A DNA stretch of 64,000 nt from Yuukianura sp. NJ FZ-2021 (Eukaryota), in NCBI GenBank assembly GCA_046563655.1, contig CM102288.1, positions 3,348,001 to 3,412,000 on the forward strand, read 5' to 3'. Made by a program: the position numbers and the translations under genes. The notes below the pieces were generated by a model. That model was given only the letters and a program-made list of their open reading frames with translations, had not been told where the DNA came from and made no database searches. Of this stretch, positions 53,501-64,000 are shown in pieces (position 1 is the first letter of the stretch; each line of letters starts with the position of its first letter).

Positions 53501-56500
53501 AGTTATTCCTTGAAAACGTTGTTGAAATCGCAGCATCGGTAGAACGGAACATGAAATACTACTGGCAAGTTCAGTCAGCAGCAGTACCAGCAGAAACAGT
53601 CCAATAACTTCCAGACAAGAAATGATTATCAACTCATTGAACGTTTGGGCACAAAACTCCGTGTATCCAGCCGAAGTGAGGAGAGATGTCGCAAAATAGA
53701 CTGGGTACAAGTACGGCCCTTCCATTTTGATTGCTGTCCCCAAGTAGTCTACCGTTTGAAATCCAATTGTAATTGAATCGATCCAACTGATTCGGATATT
53801 TGTGGTCATCCAGTACAGGAAACAGGCAGTATAATGGATTCCATACACCAGAGTTGTTATCGTTTTCAAACAGCGGATGAACAGGAGATGAAGTGGATGA
53901 AGATTGGCCAGCAGTATAAAGTATCTCCATACTTTTACAAATTGAATGATAACGACGATTGCCACGATAAGAAATGGATTTCGGAGGGAGATGTCGTAAC
54001 TGGCGTAACTTTCTTGTGGAATGACCAAGGCTATCGCACAGCCCAAGTCCAAGTAGAATCCCAAGGCGTGAATTCTTATGAACAGCCCGTCTTTCAAACA
54101 GAACCAGAAACCTGTAAAACGAAAAACGATTTCACTTTTGTTCATTTTTGAAAAAAGAATCATGTTTTTCAAAAATTGTGGTAAAAATTGACCTGATGAA
54201 GGAGACGCAATGATAACTTCCAGAATGACCATGACGACAATTCCAACTGGAATTACATAGTCAATGACGTAGTAGTCAGCCAGTGACTGACAAATGCTTA
54301 GATCCAGTTCATTTGTTGTCAAGTCCTGATGAAATGCTGCACATGCTGGAAAAACTGCTCCGAGAATCAAAATAACGACGACCACGAATATGTTGTAGAA
54401 TCTTGTCCAGGACGTTTCCGAAAAAAAGATGATCGGCACTGGACATGAGCGGTATGGCCGAGTATAATCCTACAAGGACGATAATCAAACACTAATTCAA
54501 TTAATTAACTAAATCAAGTTTTTAAAAAGTTTGATTCTTTACTCTCGTGTGTTCTCCAGCATAGGTAGGCATGGTCATAATGTAAGTATTGGCAGAGTCA
54601 TCAGTAACATCGTCTCGTCTTGTGTGAATGAAGACTTTTCTGCAACAAAAAGTAAAAAAAAAAATGTCCAATATGTTTTGAAATGCCGAAAATATTTCAG
54701 AAACAAAAAACCGGGACAAACCTTCTCATAGTGTATCTTGGATTTTTGGACTGCCGGTCCTCTTTACGCACAGCATACTGGAACGGATACGTGCCAATAA
54801 ACTCGTAGTCTCTTGACAGTTTTTCAGTTAATCTCTGAATCAAACATGAAATTTTTAGAAACACTTTCAAAAAATCCATTGAAATTGAAAAACTAAGAAC
54901 GTTCTTACCCCAAACTTTTCTCGAAGAACTTGAACAAGATGCGGAAAAAGCTCGAGTAGTTGAAAAAGCGATTCGCTGCTAATCACCAGTGCTTGACAAA
55001 CGTACTGAAAATACAGAAAAATTACAGTTTTTTTTAAAGAATTTATCAAATTGAGCAACGTTGGTTATTTTTTTGAAAGTACTAAAGCATAAACGTATAA
55101 AGCTTACTTTAGTTTCGATTTGATGGTCATATGGAATTGAGAAGAGGAGGTTAATCTCTCCAATTATACAACCAGGACGAAGAAGTGCTGAAATGTGCTG
55201 CATATTTGTCTTGCTGCGGACAATCAGTTCTCCTTGAAGTAGGAAAAACATGTTACTGCACCTTGTTACAGGAGAACAAAGAATGTAGCCTGGATTGTAG
55301 ATGACCAATTCCGATTTCTGGGCCAAAGCAGTTAGAAACGATGATTCAAGGTCGTAGAAGAACAAACTCTTTTCGAATATTTCTTGACAAATGTTGATCC
55401 TGTTTAAAATTAAAATACACTAAGATTAGTAAAATACACTAAAATTGAAGGTCTGTTCGTGAATCATTTTTTCAGTGTTAATCCAAAGGCGTACATGATT
55501 GATTCGTGCATTGGTCCTGGAAGAGCATTGAGGTCTTTTTCCTTCACACCTTGACGAAAATTCCAAAAGAAGAGGTAGTATTCCTATAAAATTTTGAAAA
55601 AAAACAACATCAGAATTTCAAAATTACGGAGATCAAAAAGCATCGTTGTGAACGTTGACTTACATTGATCCTATGTATGAAATAGTGTGGACATGATGTT
55701 TTCTGAAAATATGACAATATATACTTGAATTTTATCACTATTTTTACTCGTTTTCTTTAAATACTTACGTAAAGGTTTTCTGCAAAATCGAGACGGTGGA
55801 ACAATTCGTAGCTGGCCGAATCATGTTCAATGCAGAAATCCAGCATATGGCTTGCCAAATGGCCATTTATCAGGATTGACGCGAAGATGATGAGTATGAC
55901 AATCACAAATTCCCAATTTGTGAGCGGAATCGTTCCAAATTTTCTAAAAAGCAAGACAAAAAAATTTGCAAACCGTGTTTGGATAAAATCGGAGATTACG
56001 GTTTCTGTTATGTGTTACCCGGTTGTTGTTAGAATCGTAACGACAAAATCCATTGTAAGAAAAAACAAGTCCTGAGCTGTTGGCAGTTGATGCATCAATT
56101 CTTTGTCAAGAAACAACGCTCGACGTCGTCGGAACGTCAAGTAGCAACTGGTGTTACGATCATCAACGAGGAACGGACCTTTGAGCAGAAGCCATTCCAA
56201 GTACGACTGAAAAAACAACATCAATTAACCAAAAATTGTTAACAAATAAGTTCTGCAAAACCTTACACCACTGCACTCCGCAAACAGCCAAGCTGAAAAC
56301 AGTTCGCAGCAGATGATGTAGTAGAAGAGCAGCTTGAAGAGATGTACAAACTTGTTGTTGAAGGTGTTGTCCTCATTGAGTTTGGCTAAATTCAAAAGAA
56401 TAATCTTATACTTCATACATTTATGTAAATTAGGCAATAGATCGCACTTACAAAAGTAGCTCTCGAGGCGATACAGTGAGAAGAGTTTGAACAAGTAGAA

Positions 56501-57225
56501 AATTTGAACAGTTGCTACCCAGTCCAGTGCGTCTGGGACGGCAAGATTGCAAATCATGTGGCTCAGGTCCACTATCGGTAGAAGCACTAACAGATCGAAG
56601 ACGAATTGAGCAAAAGTGTACTGAACCTTGAAGACGAGGTAGATCGTCGCAAAATGTCCTCGTAGAATTTCAATTATAAGTCGGAGCAGCACGTCGGCTC
56701 CGTAGACGAAACTGAGGAAGATCGTAATATCTTCAACTAGCGGATCGGCAAATGAAAATACGGTGTGAAAAATGGCCAAGACACATGTCAGAATAATGAC
56801 CAAGCAAATGAAGAATTCCCACAAGAAGCAGAAGAGTTCCAGAAAGGGAATGTAGAAGTGTGTGATGGAAACAATCTTGTGGTGGTATTCAGGAGCATCG
56901 TGGATTCTCAAGTACTCGGCCCTTAGTTCTCGAAGCTGCTTGTCTCCAATCTCAGCCTGCTCCGCTGAAGCTGCACCTTCAGCAGCATTTTCCGCTGTGT
57001 CTTCTCCTTCCTCTGCTTCTGGTTCTTCAGTTGGTTCAGTTTCGCCATCATCTGCTTGCCTTTGTTTAGTTCTGTCACTTAATTGCTTCCCCCTTAAGTT
57101 AAAGAATCGATTAACTCAATTGATCAATTCCTAAGTGATCCTTGTAAAGCAGTGTCGTACTTTATGAAAGCTTGAACGTGGCTTCCATGCGCTCGCCTCT
57201 TCTCTTGCCATGCTTCTGTCGGCAT
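47513..57225 (-). CDS. Single-chain cyclic-nucleotide-gated channel-like protein with four concatenated [S1-S6 + C-linker + CNBD] repeats (CNGK / tetraKCNG architecture)
   Basis: More than 30 short GT-AG introns; the junctions checked, including all three inter-repeat linkers, stay in frame. Repeat I ~56900-54910 (pore TILTTTG(K)FG, CNBD IGEINLLFSIPY); II ~54440-52640 (pore SLLTSAGYTE, CNBD HFGIRDLLFSEPA); III ~52280-49970 (pore QVLFCVGFGDL, CNBD FFGETDLLFELPRK); IV ~49620-47513 (pore VTVTTTGLGED, CNBD AFGKAAAFFY). Probable ATG at 57225. Confidence 0.85.
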
Positions 57226-57619
57226 TGCTCCTCCCGATGTATCACCGGTATCTATTCGGATAAAACAGTGATTTCGATGAAAACCATATTCCATACCAAA
57301 CGTTAGTGACTGCGTCATGTGGTATTACATCTTTACCTGCTAAAGTCTAGTCGCGTATCTCGTTATTCACGCTTAGTAGATGGACATAGAATGATGATGA
57401 TGATGTTACTCTAAGTTTCAGCGTGATTGATAATCAAGAATCAATTACTGGCAACAAGAGTATGTAGTTACCGAAGGATTCGATCGTGATAACAGCGAAA
57501 GCGATGACCATCGAAGACGGTAATAAGCATGGGTAGAAAGAATGGAAAGCAATACTAACACAAAAGGAGAAGGATAGTAAATATTTACGTTCTACAAAAT
57601 GGTTCAGGCTGGAATGGAA

Positions 57620-57633
57620 TCCGCCATGGCAAC
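57620..57633. promoter_or_regulatory. Candidate X-box (RFX site) in the 5' region of the four-repeat channel gene
   Basis: TCCGCCATGGCAAC (GTTGCCATGGCGGA on the minus strand): 11 of 14 positions match the palindrome GTTGCCATGGCAAC. Confidence 0.45.
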
Positions 57634-58206
57634 GAAAGAACTACGTAGTTCAATTTGTTGAAGTCTATTAATCAAAAGGTTAACTAATCAATCGAATCAA
57701 TCCTACCTTTTCGCAAATCGCAGTGATGATGATGAATTAACGTCTTCTCCCTTCCACGTACACAACAACACTGACACACTTTACGCTTTGTTTGTACACA
57801 AAGGATTTTCCGATGGGAAGGTGATGGGCAACTTTTGGCACACGAGAGGGCGCCCACGTCCTTTTTCTGGAATAGTGTTAAAATTTATGCTAATCAGTAC
57901 TTAATTGAAGATTATAAATCTAATCTTCAATTAAAACAAATTGCAATTAGTACACAACATTGTTAGTAAAAGTATTTAATGATTTAATTTTCGTATATCT
58001 GCTAAAATAATACTTAAGGTTAAAGTTTAAACAGAAATGTACAAGTAACGTAGAATATTGAACTTATAGAAAGATGTTCAGAAACTCAAAGGATACAAAT
58101 TCTGTAATTGTAAAGTAAAGTAATTATTATTGGTAAATTAGTCAAAAAATTTTATAGTCAATTGATTAACATTCCCAACGAGGTCCTCAGAAAACTCTTG
58201 TCACTT

Positions 58207-60314
58207 TCAGTAGCGAAGAAATGGTTTTGACTTGGCCATGAATCTAGAAATACCACAAATTCTTCAATTTCTCTACTCTCTTTGTCTTAAAATCCAAATA
58301 ACTTGGTACTTACGCGTCCAACTTTTCCCAAAACGTCATAAGAGCCGCTCGATCTAGATGTCTCTTCGTTCTGGACAGTTGGATGACATGTACTGCCCAC
58401 TTGGCCACGTTCGAGTCCAACTTCATTTCGTCATACTTCAAATGAAAAGCGGAGACTACAAAAAAGAGAATATTTTTTAACATTTTGCAATTGCTTGCGT
58501 AACTTTAGCTTACTTTTTGAAAAGATCTCCACTGGATTTCCATCATAGGGGTACCCTTTGAACTGCCATGCTGGACCCATAACGAAAACTGCCACAACTC
58601 GTTCCCAATCCTGTGGACTGAGTTTGAGTGGATTGTCAATTATACGATACGGAACAGAGACGCCGTTTCGTTGACGATGGATCAAGATTTCATTGTCTCT
58701 CCTTAGCCCTTGAGCCTTCTTTTCTTCCGTGGGAACAAACTTGAGATCTTGCAGGAGCTCCTTGACGTTGTACATGGTGACTAGAGATGTATTCGCTCCA
58801 GGGATAATGATAATCGGTGTTTTGGAAACACGCTTGTTCGAGGGCGGTGTAATAGGACTTTTTCCAGGAGTCTATAAAAATTAATAGAGTATCAAACCAG
58901 TCAAGGTCAAAAGGTCATAGACACTGTTATGTCATTTGTGTCAAATTCTTACTGCCACAACAGCAGGAGTATAAGGGGAGGCTGCTGGTGTGAACGGCTT
59001 CTTCGGTGTGTTTGCTTCCGTTACAGATTTCAAAGTCATACCATGGTAAGTACCCAGTGTGTCAATTTTAAATCCCTCCGTTTCTAAAAAATTGAACACA
59101 TAAAGTTCACTTTGTGAGAAGGTACGCTTTGCAAGTCATGAATTTTGACACTTGACGTTACCTTCGTGCGACTTGAACCTATCCTGTTCGTATCGATTGT
59201 AAACTTGTGTCTGAGGGATTTGTCTCACAGGAGCTGGACCCCTGGGAGTCGTTAAGGACGGAGCAGCAACGGGCGGACGCAAAGGCTTTCCCTCTTCACG
59301 ACTCTTGACAGCATTTAGTATAGCCATGATACTTTTTGTAAATTGTTTTCCATTCGTTAGCAGAATGGTCGACCGTGTTCTCCATTGTCTCTCTCTTGAA
59401 ACAATGTCCTTGGTCACATCCAAATCATAGTCAAGAATTGTTCGTAAGTCGGAACCCATCTCGATGTCATCATGCCCTTTGATTGTTGTTCGTTTCTTGG
59501 AAAGTCGCTTGGCCTTGATTTCAGCAATTTTCTCAACAGACATTGCATCAGAGAGAGATCTAAGACAAAAGGAAATTAAGGAAACCGAATTGCTACAATT
59601 GAAATTGAAAATTAGAATTTACTTGGTAATGTTGTTGATAGAAACAGGAGCTTCTCTGGGAGCATCCAGTCTCGCCGCAAGGACATCTTTGACGCGTTGT
59701 AGTTGCGTATCTTCAAATCTAGGTTTCTTCGCTAAGGATTCCGCTGGTTCTTCAGCAGTTCGCTTCACTTGTGTCGGAATTTCAAGCGGAGCTGACTTAT
59801 CGATGCTATTTGATGTTGTGCTCTCTCCTTTCAGATAGGCCAAAATATCCTTTCGATCTGGACGTGTCACCACCGGAATATTCTCGGCCTAGACAAAGTG
59901 ATAAGAACACAAAACAATCCACATCATCAGTTTCTTCCAGCACAAAAAATCATGAACTCCGTCGAGGTTACTGACTGCAGCACGCCGAACGTAGACAGGA
60001 TGGCTCAACTGGATATTCTTCAACAAAAATACGAGACATTCAAGTGTGTAGTAGTCCTTTGGGGCACCGTCCTTCCCAGATCTAGACGATTACATGACAA
60101 AAGACTTTAGATTCAAAGATTCGATCAATTTGTGACTTTAAAAATTAAAATAAAGTAAAAATTACAAATTTTATGAACCTTACCCATAGACCATGTAATT
60201 AGTTTTGACATTTTTACGCCACGCAAATTCGCCAATGACAATATTTTCATCTTTTTCCACAGCCGATTTACCAGCTATCGTGTACTGACGAAGAATTGAA
60301 AGTGGATCAGCCAT
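58207..60314 (-). CDS. CDC73: Parafibromin / Hyrax, PAF1 complex subunit
   Basis: [11 protein letters not shown]...[24 protein letters not shown]...[71 protein letters not shown]; ends [11 protein letters not shown] (TGA at 58209-58207). Confidence 0.96.
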
Positions 60315-63174
60315 TATTCTTCCGTTTTACACTTACAGTTGACCCTCGGCTTCCGGTTCGTTAGAACAACGTTAACTCAAGCACCAATTACTTAATCTTC
60401 AGGTCAATTGAATTATTCAATGAACTCCACCAATTCGATTCCACTCTTCACTTTGTTTTTTATAAAAAAAAAAACAAATCGAACTGAAGCGAAGCGAATT
60501 GTTTTCTTTTGGTTTCACGATAGGCTACTTATCACTATGAGCTAGTATGTCTGGGCACTATTGATTTTTGAGTTTCTTAATCTGCTTAACTCGATTAACC
60601 ACTGATCATTATACATACTAAAATTAGTTTAAATTACTTAAATTAGTAAAGCATTTTTTTGTAATTAATTGTATTTAAGTTCTGCACAAGGATTGTTCAT
60701 AACAGTATGGCGATAATTTTTCTATCGGTGCCAATTTATGATCCTGCAAAGAAATTTGTGGGTTCAGAAATGAGAGAAAGAAAAATGTAGTAAAACCATG
60801 CAGCGCCAAACTAAAAATTTGAATTTGAAATTGGCGCCCGGCAGAAGTGAAATTTCAAACTGCCAGAAACTCAACAAATTAAATGTTTCAGCATTAAATA
60901 AAACAATTTTAACTGACGTTATGTCAAATTATCTAAAACTTTTACAACACTAATTAATTTTTTCAAACAACATGCTTCAAAATTAACGCAAAATATACGA
61001 TGAGTTGTTGTTATTTCGGTATTAAATTGTCCTTATTATGTGTATGGTTCAGCATGTATTTTTCAATGTAGAAGTGGATAGAACCGTGCAGATTCAGTGA
61101 AAATCCAACTCAGGTCTCCCTTCAAGACGTATAAATCTTTCGCCTTTTACTAAAGATTTCCGTGGAGGGGGACAACTCAATGAGTATTCATTGACTTTTT
61201 GGACATGACCTCCCGAAAGGGGGGTCAACATTTACATTTTGAGAATAAAAATCCATGGTTGACATCTATGGTGTGAGAAATTTTGAAATTTCGAGGATTC
61301 TCATACATTGGGACACAAAGGAAACTAATCATTTGAGTGATTTTTTTAGTAGATTTTTGGAATAAATTTTTATTATGGCAGAGATCTCTTACATAGTGAA
61401 TTTTAAAACGTGATTGGTGATGGTTCTTTAAGTATTGGTCCTAACTTTCTCACAAGAGGCAAGGTGTGAATCTCAGTTAAAGTTAAGGCTAACATAACTA
61501 ACTGGAGGTTTAAGGCCCTAAGTTGGTTAATTAAGGTAAAAGTGAGTTTAATTACGATTAGTTGAGAGAACATGAGTAAAAGAATAGTTGAGGGTTAAGA
61601 GCAATTGTCGCCGTCACTGTTGTTGACCTCTGATAAGTCACTTGTCTTAATCGCACATTTCCCAGACGGTGTGAGGTCATATCCAGGTCTGAATTGGCGT
61701 AAGTTTAAACGTTGGTTTTAGCATAGGCGGGGTTTGCTGTTGGTTAATCTGGAAAGGTCAACATGAGGTCAATCATCAATCACTTTCAACTTAAATTAAC
61801 ATGCGAAAGTTATTAAATCCTACGAAGTTGACAAATTATTTATGTCACCTATAAGTCTCCTTTGTCACAATCACTCGCTCCGCACCTGTTGAACAACACA
61901 AAATTACAACACTTTTGCTTCAAAATTTCAGAATTTCAAAATTTCAAAATTTTGAAACAAAAATTTCCAATTCCACTGGTTCTCACCTGGGATATAACTG
62001 CATTCGTACTCTATGCAATGAAGTGAACTTCCTACAAAAGATTCAGTAAAGATTCAAAAACAATTTTCAAAAAACATTTCCAAAAATTTCTAAATACATT
62101 TCATGTTTTAAAAAAAATGCTCATCGATTTTTTTTTCTGTTGCACGTTACCCCATTCGGAATGCTTTTCGTCTTGAGCTTTGTAGAATTTGACTTGGAGT
62201 GAAACAACCAGTGACCCCCCACCACCCAACTGGAAACCAAAACATCAAAGGTCAACTTTGAAAGGTCAAAGGTCAACTTTCCAAAAAGTAGTTAATGTGT
62301 CAATATCATAACCTGGATGACGAGTGGTATGTCATGTCTCACACCATTTTTTGATACGGGTATTCCAAATGTAGGGTAAAACGCAGAGTAGGCCGAGGCA
62401 GTGCTATCTCTTGACTTCTCCGAGCATTCCAGATCCTGGTTTTGTACTTGCAGATTCCTAATTCAGATTAAACATAACTGTCAATGCCAATTTTGACAGT
62501 ATTGGCACACATGTCACACGTCAAATGTCAAAAAAGTTGACCTGAGGTCACGCCAGCATCATCATTCATGACAGACAGCCTAAACATATCAATTTTCCAC
62601 AAGAAAATTTTCTTTTCAACCGATTTTCGAATCACATCTGCTGATCATCTCACAGATAAAAGAAAAGCCGAATTATGAATGTTTGTCCTCAAGCGTCAAC
62701 ATGAAACACACGTACACGTCTTTGTACACGCTTTTTTTACGTGTTGAAATCAGACGTGTGTGTGTGTCTTTGCGTGGAGTTAATTGTCATTTTAGTTTTA
62801 GCACCCGAACTTTCCCTGCGGAGAAAGTTATTAACCCATCAGACGATGAAACATGCGATGCACTACGGAGATTTCCCGCTCTTTGCAAAAGCCATTTTCC
62901 GCTTTTAACTTTCACTCCTGTCACGAACTTCCTCCTATTCTTCATTTTCAAAAAAAAAAATCAAAAAAGCGGTTTTGAAAAAATAATTATCTTGTTTTGT
63001 CAAAAAGTGTTGTTGAAAATCTACTTTCCATGGAATAGCATCAGTCAATTCCATTTTGAGTTTTCGTTTTCAATTTCCATTTTGGAAGAAGTTTGGATAA
63101 TTCGAAGAGACATGCCAAAAAACAGGGAACCGCCAAAAACCAATTTGCAAATGCGAAAACATTATTTGGAGTAG

Positions 63175-63332
63175 GAGAGGAAACAGACGCTAAAAATAAA
63201 CCGGGCCTGAGTAGAACAGAAGTCGTCTTCCGCACAAAACGACTTCCTTTTGTTCTCTTTTGAACAAAAACGGAATGTCACCGTTGTTGCTACTCCGGAG
63301 GAGGAGGAGGCCGGAGGTGGAGGAGGAGGAAG
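63175..63332 (+). other. Possible 5' exon of a gene continuing beyond the window
   Basis: Locally GC-rich GGA/GAG-repeat segment ending in a donor-like GAAG|GTAGGA, followed by AT-rich intron-like sequence. No recognisable protein. Confidence 0.3.
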
Positions 63333-64000
63333 GTAGGATCCGTTTTTACGGAGGATGTTATGTGGTTTTAGGCTTTTGTGTAAGTTTGTTCATCTGTCAA
63401 ACCATGATTGATGCGTTTCGGTTTACTACAAACTACACTCTCTCTCAGTTAGTGTACTCCAAGGTTTCTTCGCTGCTTTTTATGTTTTTGAACATGAAAA
63501 AACGAAAAGTTGTTTTGAAAACTGTGCTTCTCTTTTTCTCTGTTGTGGTTTTAGAAAGCTAAATGGCACTTTCGGAATGATTGGAGCGTAAATTCGATTA
63601 TTCTCAAATTCGTTTAGGGTTGCGAATTTCAGACTTTCACTTTTAAAGAATCTTCAGTCAAGTCAAAATTCAAAATTTCTTCCCACGCAAACTTTTCAAA
63701 AAAAAAATTTAGTTTCAAAAATCTGCCTTCTGAAGCTCGTAGCTTGTCACGATATCTTTGGATTTGACTTTTTAATTTCAAACGGGATTTCGTAATTTTA
63801 ATTTTCAAAAATTAATCCGCGGATTTCATGATTTCAAACTTCAGATACATTTCATCAATTTTTTCCAATTTTTTTTCGGCAATGTTCAGAAACCCTTGTT
63901 GACTAAATTGCTGTTGACGGTTTGTGTGTTGACCGAATGACTTCCTGTGGACTGTTGGCGTGTGGTTGCCTGAATTTGATTTTGCTATTAAGGAGTTCGT

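Noticed and set aside
62683..63562. ORFs of 163 aa and 100 aa near the right end
   Set aside because: F/K/L-rich composition typical of translated AT-rich non-coding DNA, with no domain recognised.

Overview
Eukaryotic (animal, most likely arthropod; the AT-rich, ~60-110 bp intron style suggests a collembolan, which is inference) gene-dense genomic DNA with spliced genes. In order: two tandem repeats (176 bp and 32 bp units); the 3' part of an MRL-family adaptor (Lamellipodin/RIAM/pico); a gene with two tandem EXD1/Egalitarian-type 3'-5' exonuclease domains; a complete single-headed axonemal dynein heavy chain; a SAM-domain gene; a small secreted Cys-rich knottin-like gene absent from the ORF track; Ptf1a/Fer1 bHLH; an orphan 3-exon gene; a tandem-doublecortin-domain gene; MEPCE/Bin3; a 950-bp foldback element with 433-bp near-perfect TIRs nested in an older repeat; SSR3; a giant single-chain gene with FOUR concatenated 6TM+CNBD channel repeats (CNGK/tetraKCNG architecture) with degenerate pores and only CNBD3 intact; and CDC73. 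The most notable items are the four-repeat channel, the active+pseudo tandem exonuclease, the hidden knottin gene and the nested foldback element, whose 4-bp AATT TSD can be read from an in-window empty site. Gene models were spliced by eye; no database searches were run.
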